A stretch of DNA of 48,836 bases from an uncultured Thermococci archaeon (GTDB lineage: Archaea > Methanobacteriota_B > Thermococci > Thermococcales > Thermococcaceae). The stretch spans positions 1-48,836 of the forward strand of contig CAZTOS010000006.1 of NCBI GenBank assembly GCA_964615185.1. Direction: 5' to 3'. The first letter of the stretch is position 1. Each line of letters opens with the position of its first letter. Shown piece by piece: positions 19,068 through 28,703 of the stretch. The notes below the pieces were generated by a model. The model was not told where the DNA came from and ran no database searches. It saw nothing but the letters and a program-made list of their open reading frames with translations. The position numbers and the translations under genes were made by a program.

Positions 19068-19843
19068 TACTCACCCTTAAGCTCCATTTCCTCTTGCATT
19101 GCTCTAATTTTTGCTTTTTCGACTGCCTCTTCATGCTCAATCTTACCCTTGATTCCTTTAACTCTCTTTGAGAGATTCAATATGACATCCTCTGGTCCAT
19201 AAAGAACAACCAAATCTCCAGGAAAAATCTTCGTATCACCACTTGGAGCACCAAGATAAACTTCTTTTCCTCCAACTTTTCTGTAAATTCCAAGAACGAG
19301 AACACCTTCTTTATCCAATTGCAGTTCCCTCAAAGTTTTATTTGCAAGCCAGCTGCTTTTTCTAACTTTTATCTGACCAATTGAATACCCTCGACTTATA
19401 CCCAGAAGCTGATTATAGTCATAGATTTTAAGTGAAGGGAAGAATCTATTAAGAAGTCTCCGAATCACCTTTCTCATCATTTTATCTATCCATTTAGACC
19501 TCACAAAAAGATACAAAGCTAATAAACCACTCAAAAGTATAACAAAATTCTGTTTAACCTCCTCAGCACTCTTGCCAATGAATGTCAACACAAGAGTTGC
19601 TATAGCCGAAGTTATTCCTGCACTGCCCAGAAAAATTAGAATTCTAATTATCTTTCTTCGTATTGGATGCGAAACAACATATTCCGACTCCGAAGTAGTA
19701 AAGCCAGTTCCAGAAAAAGCAGACTGAGCCTGAAAAGCTGCAACATCTCTTGAGAGCCCAGTCATCTCTAATGCAACCGCTCCAATTCTAACAATTATGA
19801 TTGAAATAAGAACAACCAACAGGAATGATATGAGGGCTATCAG
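19067..19843 (-). CDS. Membrane protein with TrkA-C (RCK_C) domain
   Basis: ALEMTGLSRDVAAFQAQSAFSGTGFTTSESE followed by WLANKTLRELQL..EGVLVLGI...GDLVVLYG. The RBS-proximal start appears to be CTG at 19843; the ORF track uses TTG 19819. Confidence 0.85.
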   Translation of the reverse strand: MIALISFLLVVLISIIIVRIGAVALEMTGLSRDVAAFQAQSAFSGTGFTTSESEYVVSHPIRRKIIRILIFLGSAGITSAIATLVLTFIGKSAEEVKQNFVILLSGLLALYLFVRSKWIDKMMRKVIRRLLNRFFPSLKIYDYNQLLGISRGYSIGQIKVRKSSWLANKTLRELQLDKEGVLVLGIYRKVGGKEVYLGAPSGDTKIFPGDLVVLYGPEDVILNLSKRVKGIKGKIEHEEAVEKAKIRAMQEEMELKGE

Positions 19844-19885
19844 AGGACATCACCTTCCAGATTATGTATCTCAGATAGAACATAA

Positions 19886-20836
19886 TTAAAGATTTCTGCT
19901 CTTGAGCTTCCTCATGTAAAACTTTCTGCCTTCATATTCAAGCTCAATAATCTTTCCTTCCTTTAAAAGTCTCTCAACAACACTCCAATCTGCATCGGCC
20001 TTTTTGAGAAAGTCTTCAACGGCATCTTCTCTCATCGGGTGGACAGCTGTTATGCTCAGTAAATCTTCCTCAACATTTCCTGTAAAAGCGAATGCATTCC
20101 CCTCATAGCCAATGAGGTACTCCACTCTATCACTTCCTAAAGCCTTGGCAAAAATCTGAAACGCCCTGTTTATCGTCTCCTCATTAGCTGGCTTAACCCA
20201 TCTCTCTGCTGGAGGCCTCGTTGGGATAGCTATGTAAGCTATATCTGGTTCAAGCTCCTTCAAAAACTCAGCAATCTTCTCGAATTCGTCTCCATAATCA
20301 ACTCCGTCGATGAGCATAGTCTCTGTTACGAGTTTTCCTTTGAACTCTTTTCTAAATTTGAGCATTCCATCAAGGATTTCATCAACCTTTAAGCTTTTAT
20401 GAGGTCTGTCAATTTTTCTCCATAGTTTCTCACTTACAGCATCAAGCTTTAGGGAGACAAAATCAAACTTCATTAAATCTTCCCTAACATCCTCCCTCCA
20501 GATTAGGGAGGAGTTCGTTAGAATTGCCAAAGGTATTCCAAGTTCTTTCAACAGCTCAGCTTCCTTTCCAAGGTTAATGTCCAAAGTTGGTTCGCCATCT
20601 GGAACGAATGTGACGTAATCAACGTGCTCTCCTTTTGCTCTGGCTTTCTCAACTTTTTCTTTAACTTCCTTGAGGATTAGCTCTGGGTTATAAAATGCCC
20701 TCCTTTCAATTTCCATCTTAATTGTCCTCCCAATTTGGCAGTAAACACAAGCATATGAGCATACTTTGTCTGGAATGTTGTTTATGCCCAAGCTTTTTCC
20801 CAATCTGCGAGATGGAACAGGACCAAATGCCATCAT
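19886..20836 (-). CDS. Radical SAM Fe-S oxidoreductase (COG0731-like)
   Basis: FGPVPSRRLGKSLGIN, CSYACVYC and GEPTL motifs. Confidence 0.88.
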   Translation of the reverse strand: MMAFGPVPSRRLGKSLGINNIPDKVCSYACVYCQIGRTIKMEIERRAFYNPELILKEVKEKVEKARAKGEHVDYVTFVPDGEPTLDINLGKEAELLKELGIPLAILTNSSLIWREDVREDLMKFDFVSLKLDAVSEKLWRKIDRPHKSLKVDEILDGMLKFRKEFKGKLVTETMLIDGVDYGDEFEKIAEFLKELEPDIAYIAIPTRPPAERWVKPANEETINRAFQIFAKALGSDRVEYLIGYEGNAFAFTGNVEEDLLSITAVHPMREDAVEDFLKKADADWSVVERLLKEGKIIELEYEGRKFYMRKLKSRNL

Positions 20837-20850
20837 TGACTTTCACCAAA

Positions 20851-20866
20851 ATTAGGTAAACCTAAT
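20851..20866. promoter_or_regulatory. DtxR/MntR-type palindrome ATTAGG-TAAA-CCTAAT
   Basis: Inverted repeat between the minus-strand TATA (CTTTATA, ~20871-20877) and the RBS of the radical SAM gene. Same core as the feo promoter boxes. Confidence 0.6.
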
Positions 20867-20930
20867 GGTGTATAAAGGTTTCGAATAGATTTATGAAGTT
20901 TGAACAAAACAAAAAAATAAGACTGAAGAT

Positions 20931-21029
20931 TCAAGTATGCTTTGACTTCTTCTCTTCAACTTGCTTCCAAAGCTCTTCAAAGCTTTCAATAGCCCTTTGA
21001 AGTGCTAAACTTAGATCCCTCGTACTCCT
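20931..21029 (-). pseudogene. Orphan 3' gene fragment abutting the right end of element copy 2
   Basis: Open frame RSTRDLSLALQRAIESFEELWKQVEEKKSKHT* with no start, followed by a T-rich terminator-like tract. Confidence 0.35.
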
Positions 21030-21291
21030 AACCTCCTCCCCTTTGCGAGGGTTTCAGCCCCTCGCCAGTGGCGGGAAGGTTTGCGAGCCCATTACTCCCC
21101 AATAGGTTCGGGGTTATCGCTTAGAGGTCACTCCAATGATTTCAACCACTTAAGGGAGGTCTTAAAAGGACGCTTTACAGCGTCAACCCTCTGAGAGCAG
21201 AAGGTAATGTGAAACCCCTTTGAGGGGTATGGGGCTTTTTCAATGCCATTACACTGACTCTCTGCATCCCTCGCCCCAAGGCTCTCAAAAG
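21028..21291 (-). mobile_element. Non-autonomous IS200/IS605-derived element, copy 2 (shorter, promoter block missing)
   Basis: Minus strand TTTTGAGAGCCTTGGGGCGAGGGATGCAG...GACGCTGTAAAGCGTC...GCGATAACCCCGA...GAAACCCTCGCAAAGGGGAGGAGGTTAG is colinear with copies 1 and 3. Confidence 0.78.
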
Positions 21292-21301
21292 AAAAAAGTA
21301 A

Positions 21302-21665
21302 AGATAGTCTGTGGAGAGGATGAAGTTATCCACTGCAAGACACATGGACAAGAAGGTAATTGGCTACGAAGTTCATCTCCAGATGAACCATGAAAATGTC
21401 ATCGATGAAGAAGATGGTTTTTGAAGATAATTTACACGCCAAGACATACCTCTGGGAGCATGTATATCTACGAGCCGAGAAAGAAGATACTGTTTTCAGG
21501 AGATACTCTTTTTGCAAATAGTGTTATATCAAACATTTACGACTCTGGGAGCTTGGGAGAATACTTCAACTCCTTGAGAAGGCTCAACACCCCAAGATAA
21601 AACTTCTGCTCCCGGGACATGAGTGGATTTCAGAGAACGTCGAAGAAGACATAGAAAAAAAAAAC
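21302..21665 (+). pseudogene. Metallo-beta-lactamase-fold hydrolase remnant (C-terminal half, frameshifted)
   Basis: Hand translation: LKIIYTPRHTSGSMYIYEPRKKILFSGDTLF...GSLGEYFNSLRRLNT / KIKLLLPGHEWISENVEEDIEK, giving the TPGHT.GS, FSGD and PGH motifs. No HxHxDH half. Confidence 0.75.
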
Positions 21666-21730
21666 GATTAAAGGAGTTATAAACAGATTTCCAGAGGCTG
21701 AGAAAACTCAAAAAGGTTATTTTATTAAGA

Positions 21731-22333
21731 TTAAATTCGCCTCCCCTCCATCACGTAAATTGCCGATCCTCCAATGTACTTTGCATGGTCGCTCATCCTC
21801 TCAAGGTGCCTGAGTATCAAAGCCTCAACGGCCTTACAAATATCCAAATCTTCCTTGAGCTCCTCTATGCTGGTTATATAAAGCTCATCCACCTTTTTGT
21901 CCAATTCTAAAAGCCTTCCGGTAGATACCTCATCTCTTTCGAGAAACGCTCTGAGTGCAAGCTCAATCATTTCCCTGACAATCCTGAGTGCCTGTTTTGA
22001 CTTCTCAAACTCACAGCTGGCACCGGTTATTTTCAGTGTCCCCTCTATCTCCATGGCATATCTTGAGATCCTATACAGGTCGTAACTGACATCTATCGAT
22101 GCCTGGATGTATCTGAGATCAGACGCCATTGGCTGATACCTTATGAGCAGTTCGGTTGCTATCTCAACAAGCTCATCCCTGAGGATGTGAAGCTTGCTTG
22201 ACTTGTCCTCTATGCTATCACTCCCACCCTCTAAGATATTTTCGAGGGAGTCAATGCACTCCAAAACCGTGCTTCCCATCTCTTGGAGTAGCTTCTCAAT
22301 CTGCTTTAATCCCAAATCCAACAACTTTCTCAT
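21731..22333 (-). CDS. phoU: Phosphate uptake regulator PhoU
   Basis: [10 protein letters not shown] and [11 protein letters not shown] motifs; last gene of the pst operon. Confidence 0.92.
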   Translation of the reverse strand: MRKLLDLGLKQIEKLLQEMGSTVLECIDSLENILEGGSDSIEDKSSKLHILRDELVEIATELLIRYQPMASDLRYIQASIDVSYDLYRISRYAMEIEGTLKITGASCEFEKSKQALRIVREMIELALRAFLERDEVSTGRLLELDKKVDELYITSIEELKEDLDICKAVEALILRHLERMSDHAKYIGGSAIYVMEGRRI

Positions 22334-23094
22334 CCTAACGCCCCCGTAACATACTGTTCGGTAAGCTCATGTTCAGGATTTTCAAACACCCTCTTTGTAG
22401 GACCAACCTCTATCAGCTCGCCAAGGTAAAGGAAAGCAACATAATCACTCACACGGGCAGCTTGTGCTGGAGAATGGGTAACTAAAATTATCGTGTATTC
22501 CTTTTTGAGTTCAAACAATAGCTCTTCTATCTTCTTCGTTCCAACGGGGTCTATGTTTGCCGTCGGCTCATCCATCAGTAGAATCTTTGGCTTCATTGCA
22601 AGAGTCCTCGCGATTACCAACCTCTGCCTCTGCCCACCACTTAGGTTTGAGGGATAATCATCAAGCCTATCCTTCACCTCATCCCACAACGCCGCCTTCT
22701 TCAGCGCCCATTTAACCCTCTTGTCTAGCTCTTCTTTTGACCTCACAAGCCTATTGAGCTTCAGTCCTATGGCAACATTATCGTAAATCGTTAGATGGGG
22801 AAAAGGGTTGGGATACTGAAAAACCATGCCAACTTCTCTCCTAACTTCAATCGGATCAACATCTGGAGCGTAGATGTTCCTTCCAAAGATTCTAACCTCC
22901 CCTTCCACTCTCGCTTCGCTGTTGAGCTCAAGAAGCCTGTTGAATGTTCTGAGCATGGTAGATTTTCCACAGCCACTCGGCCCCATCAGAGCAAAGACCA
23001 CATTTTTTGGAACTTTCAAGTTCACATCTTTGATCACCATGTTTTTACCATAGTAAACCTTCAGATCCTTAGTTTCAAGGACAAGCTCGATCAT
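22330..23094 (-). CDS. pstB: Phosphate ABC transporter ATPase
   Basis: [36 protein letters not shown] and TEQYVTG motifs. Confidence 0.96.
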   Translation of the reverse strand: MIELVLETKDLKVYYGKNMVIKDVNLKVPKNVVFALMGPSGCGKSTMLRTFNRLLELNSEARVEGEVRIFGRNIYAPDVDPIEVRREVGMVFQYPNPFPHLTIYDNVAIGLKLNRLVRSKEELDKRVKWALKKAALWDEVKDRLDDYPSNLSGGQRQRLVIARTLAMKPKILLMDEPTANIDPVGTKKIEELLFELKKEYTIILVTHSPAQAARVSDYVAFLYLGELIEVGPTKRVFENPEHELTEQYVTGALG

Positions 23095-23924
23095 AGCTTC
23101 ACCTCCCTAAGACTGAGCCTTACCGGGATGAATATCCCAAGGAATATTAAAAGTAGAATCAGCGATGCTCCCCATGCCATCTCGTGGTACTCCTTTGCGG
23201 GGCTCTGAATTAGGGTATATATGAGTAGAGGAATCGCCCCTACAGGTTTTGTGATTCCAATCTGATACGTCTGGTATGAGCCACCAACTGTGAAAAGGAG
23301 GGGAGCTGTTTCACCAGCTACCTTCGCAATTCCTATGAGGACACCAGTTAAAATTCCTCTCTTTGCCATTGGTACTAAAACCCTGAAAACCGCCTTTACC
23401 CTTGTGAGTCCAAGGGAGAAAGCTGCCTCTCTATATGCGAACGGAATTTGTCTCATTGCTTCATGCGTGTAAACTGCAACATAGGGCATCATTATTATCG
23501 CCAGTGCCAGTGCCCCAGCAAGAGCTGAGTACGTGCCCATTGGGACAACCAAAATCTGCATGACGAAGACTCCTACAAGTATCGTCGGAAATTCAAGCAT
23601 TATCTGGAGCAGAGACTTAGTTGCCTTTCCGAGCGTACTCTCTGGATACTCGTAGGCATAAATTCCCACGAGGAAAGCAACTGGGAGACCAATGAGAGAG
23701 GCTAGAAAAACTAAAATAAACGTTCCAATAATAGCTGGTCCTATCCCACCATCGGAGAGCGTTCCGGTTATGAATGTTGCCCCCCTATTCAAGATTACAT
23801 GGATACCATTCTTAAACACGCTGTAAATTATGTGAAAGAGGGGAAAGAACATTAGCACGGTTAAAGCGCCAATAAGGAACAGGAACAGCTTTTCTTTGAG
23901 CTTTCTGACGTTATAGCCTGACAT
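23091..23924 (-). CDS. pstA: Phosphate ABC transporter permease
   Basis: [18 protein letters not shown] and [10 protein letters not shown] motifs. Confidence 0.95.
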   Translation of the reverse strand: MSGYNVRKLKEKLFLFLIGALTVLMFFPLFHIIYSVFKNGIHVILNRGATFITGTLSDGGIGPAIIGTFILVFLASLIGLPVAFLVGIYAYEYPESTLGKATKSLLQIMLEFPTILVGVFVMQILVVPMGTYSALAGALALAIIMMPYVAVYTHEAMRQIPFAYREAAFSLGLTRVKAVFRVLVPMAKRGILTGVLIGIAKVAGETAPLLFTVGGSYQTYQIGITKPVGAIPLLIYTLIQSPAKEYHEMAWGASLILLLIFLGIFIPVRLSLREVKL

Positions 23925-24825
23925 TTGCCTCCCACCTCCTCAAGAGGTAAATCCCCGCCAAATTAACAACCAGACCTATTGCAAACAGAACTAAACCAGC
24001 GGCAAACAGAGCTGAGGTCATGTACTCGTATATGAAGGCATTTCCAAACTGGTTTGCTATCAATGAGGATATCGTGTAGCCAGGAGCGAATAAAGCCAGG
24101 CTCAAGTTGAAGGTGTTCCCTATAACCAGGCTGACCGCCGCGGTCTCCCCAATAGCCCTCCCAAATGCTAAAATTATGCCTGAGTAAATAGCTGGCTTTA
24201 CATAGCCAAGTAAGATTTTTGTCGCCTCAAGTCTGGTTGCACCAAGGCTGTAAATTGCTTCACGATATGTGAACGGAATCATCTGGTATGCCTCCCTTAT
24301 TATGGCTGAGGCAAATGGAGTTACCATTATTCCGAGCAGAATACCTGCGGAGAGGTAGCTGAATCCCGTTATCGGGGGATAAGAAAACAGGGGCAGAAAA
24401 GACAGGTGATCGTGTAAAGGTTGCATAACAATCTTTTTTAAAAGGGGAACAAGAACAAAAACTCCCCATATTCCATAGATTATTGTTGGCAAACCCGCCA
24501 TAACATCCGAAAGGATTATCAGCCAGGTTTTAATCCTCTTTGGAGCATAATCAACAACAAAAACCGAGTAAGCCAAGGAAAGCGGCAGGGTTATCAATAT
24601 TGCTATCACTGACGTATAGATGCTTCCCCATATCGCCGCCAATACACCGTAATGTTCTCTACTCGGCTCTTCTGGGGCTTTCCAGACGTTTTTTAGATAG
24701 ATGTCAAGTCCTTCCCTGTGAAATATTGGCATTGAATTATAGAAATAAACCAGAAGCATAAGGACAAAAAGGCCTAAAACAAAACCTACAAAGGGAAGCA
24801 AGATGTGCTTCAGATCAACCTTCAT
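23911..24825 (-). CDS. pstC: Phosphate ABC transporter permease
   Basis: AGLPTIIYGIWG, GRAIGETAAV and TISSLIANQFG motifs. Confidence 0.95.
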   Translation of the reverse strand: MKVDLKHILLPFVGFVLGLFVLMLLVYFYNSMPIFHREGLDIYLKNVWKAPEEPSREHYGVLAAIWGSIYTSVIAILITLPLSLAYSVFVVDYAPKRIKTWLIILSDVMAGLPTIIYGIWGVFVLVPLLKKIVMQPLHDHLSFLPLFSYPPITGFSYLSAGILLGIMVTPFASAIIREAYQMIPFTYREAIYSLGATRLEATKILLGYVKPAIYSGIILAFGRAIGETAAVSLVIGNTFNLSLALFAPGYTISSLIANQFGNAFIYEYMTSALFAAGLVLFAIGLVVNLAGIYLLRRWEANVRL

Positions 24826-24830
24826 TTACC

Positions 24831-25558
24831 TCACCCAGTAGTGTCATTCAGTAGTATCATTTTACTTTCAACGTTACTTTTTCCAACCCTAACAATCCTT
24901 ATGGTTCCTTCATCTCCCCACCTATTCCACCAGCTTCCTGAAAGGGAAGCAGTTTGCACCTCGGGAAATCCCCACCTAAGGGTAAGCTCATTCTGTGGAG
25001 GTGGCCGCTAAAGAAACCATTAATCTCTCCATCTAATATTCCAATGACGTCTTCCTTCCTCTTCCATAAAGAGAGGGGGTAATGGGAAAAGAGGAGAGAG
25101 TTGGGTTTTATTATTTTACTGAGCCACTCCAACAGCTCATCACTTGGCTTGCACTTTCTTGCCTTAATCTTGGGGGTTACAAAGATTAACCTCGTTCCAT
25201 TGAAATCAACGTAGTAGTTCTCTTCCCCAAATATCATCCTATATACATCCAATCCAAATGCCTTGTTGATGTCGTGGTTACCTGGAATTGTGAAGACCTT
25301 TATCCCGTTCCTCTCAAGTGGTTTTATGAAAAATTCTTTAAACGTTAGGTACCAGCACAACACCCGATCGACATAACTTTTTTCAGCCATCGCCGCTATG
25401 TCTCCCGTTACCGCTACAAATTCCGGTCTCAGGGAGATAATTTTTCTTGCCACTCCCAGAAATAACCTTTTCGGATCAACGCTCACACCGTAGATTGCCC
25501 CGCACTCTTCGGCAGTTGTAACGGCGTGGATGTCGGTTACATGGACAAACCTCATCAT
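24831..25558 (-). pseudogene. Calcineurin-like metallophosphoesterase with -1 frameshift near 24991
   Basis: DIH, GD, GNHD and GHLH motifs. Adding one A after GHLHR gives NELTLRWGFPEVQTASLSGSWW...GTIRIVRV...NDTTG*, which ends at 24831 over the pstC RBS. Confidence 0.75.
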
Positions 25559-26361
25559 ACCACCCTGCTGGCTTTTATTGGGAGGCCTACCTCCACATAC
25601 TTAACCCTCTTAACCGAAAGGATGCTCTTCAAAACATTTTCCTTGCTCCAGTAGTTCCTTATCTCCCAGATCACGTTCTTTGGCTTCAAGGACAGTATTT
25701 TTGGAATTAAACTGTCAAACTTGATGCATCCTTCACCTAGAGCCTTGTGCTCATCCCTTGCCCCGTTGTTGTCGTGAAGATGGACATGCTCTATTCCGGG
25801 CAGGAGTAGGTACTCTTCCATGCTGAATCCATATTTAAGTGATGTTATAAACGCATGTCCTATATCAAAGCACACGTCAAGAAATGGAATTAACTCATGT
25901 GGAAAAGCGCCAACCCTGTTGTCCGTTAAGTTTTCAATGACCAGCTTGACCCCATACTCCTCAGCTACTGCAGAAAGCTCCATCATCTGTTTCCTTGTGT
26001 TTATAAACGCTTTGTGGTACTTATCCTTAATATCACCACCATGAACAACGACGTATTTTGCATCAAGCATCTGGGCTATCTTAAAAACATTTTCCATAAT
26101 CTCTACATTCTTTCTTGAATTTACACCGAGGTCAACGCTGACGTTCCTTCCATCCGAACACAGACCATAAATGGTGAAATCAACATCAAGAGTTAGGAGG
26201 TCATGAAGGATTTCCCAGTCTATGCCTTTCTCAGTTAGAACCCCAACATTCTCAAAGCCGAGCTCAACAACATCAATTGGTAGTTCGTCAATAGAAAATC
26301 CCTTTCCTGAAATCTCCTTGATTATATAGGAGTTTACCCCGATTTTCATATCCATCACCAC
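25555..26361 (-). CDS. Sugar-phosphate isomerase/AP endonuclease 2 (TIM barrel) family protein
   Basis: VVVHGG, IENL, CFDIGHA, HVHLHDN and DEH.ALGEG motifs. Start may be 26349-26361. Confidence 0.85.
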   Translation of the reverse strand: MVMDMKIGVNSYIIKEISGKGFSIDELPIDVVELGFENVGVLTEKGIDWEILHDLLTLDVDFTIYGLCSDGRNVSVDLGVNSRKNVEIMENVFKIAQMLDAKYVVVHGGDIKDKYHKAFINTRKQMMELSAVAEEYGVKLVIENLTDNRVGAFPHELIPFLDVCFDIGHAFITSLKYGFSMEEYLLLPGIEHVHLHDNNGARDEHKALGEGCIKFDSLIPKILSLKPKNVIWEIRNYWSKENVLKSILSVKRVKYVEVGLPIKASRVV

Positions 26362-26381
26362 TATATAAGGAAAAGAAAAGA

Positions 26382-27557
26382 TCAGCCTTCTTGAACCATC
26401 TCAACGGCCCTGAGACCTATCTCAGCAACTTCCTTTGGTAGTCCAACATATCCGGGTGCAATGTTTTCTGGCTTTTGTCCTTCTGTAAGAACCCACCTGA
26501 GGAACTCTTTGATTGCTCTAGCTTTCTCCGGGCTGTAGTGCTTTCCACCCTTGTTCTGCCAGACAAGGAGATGTGTGAATGCAACAATTGGATATGAGTT
26601 CTCCCCTGGTGCATCCAATAACTGCTTAAGATCTTCCTTGTAGCCCTCTGTTGGATCTGGAATGAAAGCTTTAACATTCGCAACTGCGGCTTTAATCGTC
26701 TCCTCTGTTGGTTTAACGAATTTTCCAGCTTTGTTTTCCAAGGCTACAACGGGAAGATTTTCATTTATTGCGTAAGACAGCTCTGTATATGCTATGCTAT
26801 ATTTTGTTTGCTTTAGAGCCGCAACAACACCTGAATTACCTTTTCCACCAATTCCCCTTCCCATCTTGTCCACTGGCCAATCTACAACTTTACCGGCACC
26901 AACCTTTTCCGCCCACTCCTTGCTTATCAGGCTGAGGTATGTGGTAAATATGGCAGTTGTTCCGCTTGAATCACTTCTGTGAATAACGATTATCTTTTCG
27001 TGGGGGAGGTTTGCATTTGGGTTGAGCTTCTTTATTGCGGGGTCATCCCAATACTCGATTTCACCAAGGAATATCTTTGCGAGAACATCCCTGCTGAGCT
27101 TCAGCTCATTAACACTAGGCACGTTGAAAACAACGACGACAGCTCCAACAACTTCTGGAAACTGAAGTGGTTGGTCTCCAGCTTCAAGGAACTTTTTCCA
27201 AGTTGATTCTTTAACCGGCGGATCACTTCTTCCAATGTCTGTGAGTCTTTTTAGAAAAGCCTCTTGACCATGTCCACTTCCACCACCTTCGTATTCAATT
27301 TTAACATTCGGATTAAGCTTCTGGTAGATTTCAATCCATTTCTGAATTTGGTACATTGGAAAGGTCGCACCAGTGGTACGTATAATTATCTGTTGCTGGG
27401 GAGCTTGTTTGGTTTTAGTTGTGGTCTCAGTGATTGTTTTGGTATTTGTAACGGTTTTAGTAATCGTTTTTTCTCCTTGTTCTTGGCTTATGCATCCACT
27501 AGCTACAAGTCCGAGAGCCAATACAAACACCAACACGAGGCCGACAAACTTTTTCAT
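26382..27557 (-). CDS. pstS: Phosphate ABC transporter substrate-binding lipoprotein
   Basis: Lipobox ASGC; TGATFP, GGGSGHG, HRSDSSGTT and YPIVAFT motifs. Confidence 0.96.
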   Translation of the reverse strand: MKKFVGLVLVFVLALGLVASGCISQEQGEKTITKTVTNTKTITETTTKTKQAPQQQIIIRTTGATFPMYQIQKWIEIYQKLNPNVKIEYEGGGSGHGQEAFLKRLTDIGRSDPPVKESTWKKFLEAGDQPLQFPEVVGAVVVVFNVPSVNELKLSRDVLAKIFLGEIEYWDDPAIKKLNPNANLPHEKIIVIHRSDSSGTTAIFTTYLSLISKEWAEKVGAGKVVDWPVDKMGRGIGGKGNSGVVAALKQTKYSIAYTELSYAINENLPVVALENKAGKFVKPTEETIKAAVANVKAFIPDPTEGYKEDLKQLLDAPGENSYPIVAFTHLLVWQNKGGKHYSPEKARAIKEFLRWVLTEGQKPENIAPGYVGLPKEVAEIGLRAVEMVQEG

Positions 27558-27800
27558 AAGGTATCACCAATCTTTCTTATTTTAACACAAAAATATAAAG
27601 ATTGTCGCAATAGAATATATTCAAACTAATATCTATATAGAGAGCTCTATATTCAATATAGCTACTCATTTACACATTCCCAAATGTTTCTCCTTTCTAT
27701 TTTCCAGTTATTGCCTTTTTAACCTCTAAAAGAGTTTTTAATCCATCTATTATTGGCTTTTCTGGATTTTAACCTTTGGTTATACTCAAATTTGTCCAAC

Positions 27801-27830
27801 AAAGTTTTTAAACTTTTTTGCATATGCACA
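27801..27830 (+). promoter_or_regulatory. BRE/TATA plus TGCATATGCA palindromic operator (site 1)
   Basis: AAAGTTTTTAAAC-TTTTT-TGCATATGCA-CA, then GGGGTGA RBS and ATG 27846. Confidence 0.65.
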
Positions 27831-27845
27831 TAATGGGGTGATGTC

Positions 27846-28451
27846 ATGAGAATCGCAGTACCGAGTTCAAGAAGTGGGGGATTAGAAGACACAATTTCAA
27901 TAGTCTTTGCGAGGGCTCCTGTGTTCACAATTGTTGATATAGAGAATGGAGAGATTAAAGACGTTAGAATTATCAAAAACGAAGCTATGAATGTTCCAAG
28001 TGGGGCAAGTCCAATAGTTGTGCAAATGCTCATTAAGGAAGGGGTTGATGCAGTGGTTGCCCCTCAACTTGGCCCAAACGCAATGGCTACTCTGCAAGCT
28101 GCAGGAATTAAGGTTTACACATTTCCACCGGGAACCCCAATAAAAGAAGCTGTTGAAAAGATAAGCAAAGGCGAAGCTCCACAATTACCTGAATACCCAC
28201 AACCTTTCCAGGCACCCTATCCACCTCAACAATCTCAAGCTCCGCCATATTACCCACCCGCTCCTCAGCCACAAGCTTATTATCCTCCATTCCCAATACC
28301 AGCAAGGCCACCAATACCAGAGCCACCAAGGCATAAGGATTGCATCCACTATAAGGATGGCAAGTGTGAATTTTGGAATTTAGCTGTTCACGCCGATGAT
28401 CCCGCCTGCCCGTTTTTCGTCCCAAAGAATGCCCCTTGGAGGTGGTGGTGA
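27846..28451 (+). CDS. NifB/NifX (dinitrogenase FeMo-cofactor-binding-like) domain protein with Pro/Gln/Tyr-rich linker and Cys-rich C-terminal module
   Basis: MRIAVPS...FARAPVFTIVDI...GPNAMATLQAAGIKVY, then PYPPQQ-type repeats, then HKDCIHY.DGKC...DDPACPFF. Confidence 0.85.
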   Translation: MRIAVPSSRSGGLEDTISIVFARAPVFTIVDIENGEIKDVRIIKNEAMNVPSGASPIVVQMLIKEGVDAVVAPQLGPNAMATLQAAGIKVYTFPPGTPIKEAVEKISKGEAPQLPEYPQPFQAPYPPQQSQAPPYYPPAPQPQAYYPPFPIPARPPIPEPPRHKDCIHYKDGKCEFWNLAVHADDPACPFFVPKNAPWRWW

Positions 28452-28657
28452 TGCCGTGGGGTTGGGGCTGGTATTGGTGGAAGCCCTGGCCTGGAAGGGG
28501 CCCATTCAGCTGGCTCCCGCCATGGCTGAGGCCTGGATGGGTTTTTGGAAGAGGAGCGTGCTGGTGGCTCTTTAGAGGACCATGGGGATATTATGCATGG
28601 CTTAGGAATTACTATCCATACTACCACCCCTGGTGGGGTTACTGGTGGGAGTGGTGA
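28451..28657 (+). CDS. 68-aa Trp-rich small protein (18 Trp)
   Basis: ATG overlaps the TGA of the upstream gene, with a GGAGGTGG RBS. Core PWPGRGPFSWLPPWLRPGW is shared with the paralog at 35512. Confidence 0.8.
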   Translation: MPWGWGWYWWKPWPGRGPFSWLPPWLRPGWVFGRGACWWLFRGPWGYYAWLRNYYPYYHPWWGYWWEW

Positions 28658-28703
28658 ATTCTTTCCTCTGAAATTTTTATTTTTGCGTTAGATTTGGTCA
28701 AAA

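Noticed and set aside
13627..28703. In-window targets for the putative guides of copies 1-3
   Set aside because: By eye I found no second match beyond generic RBS similarity; a genome-wide search is needed.
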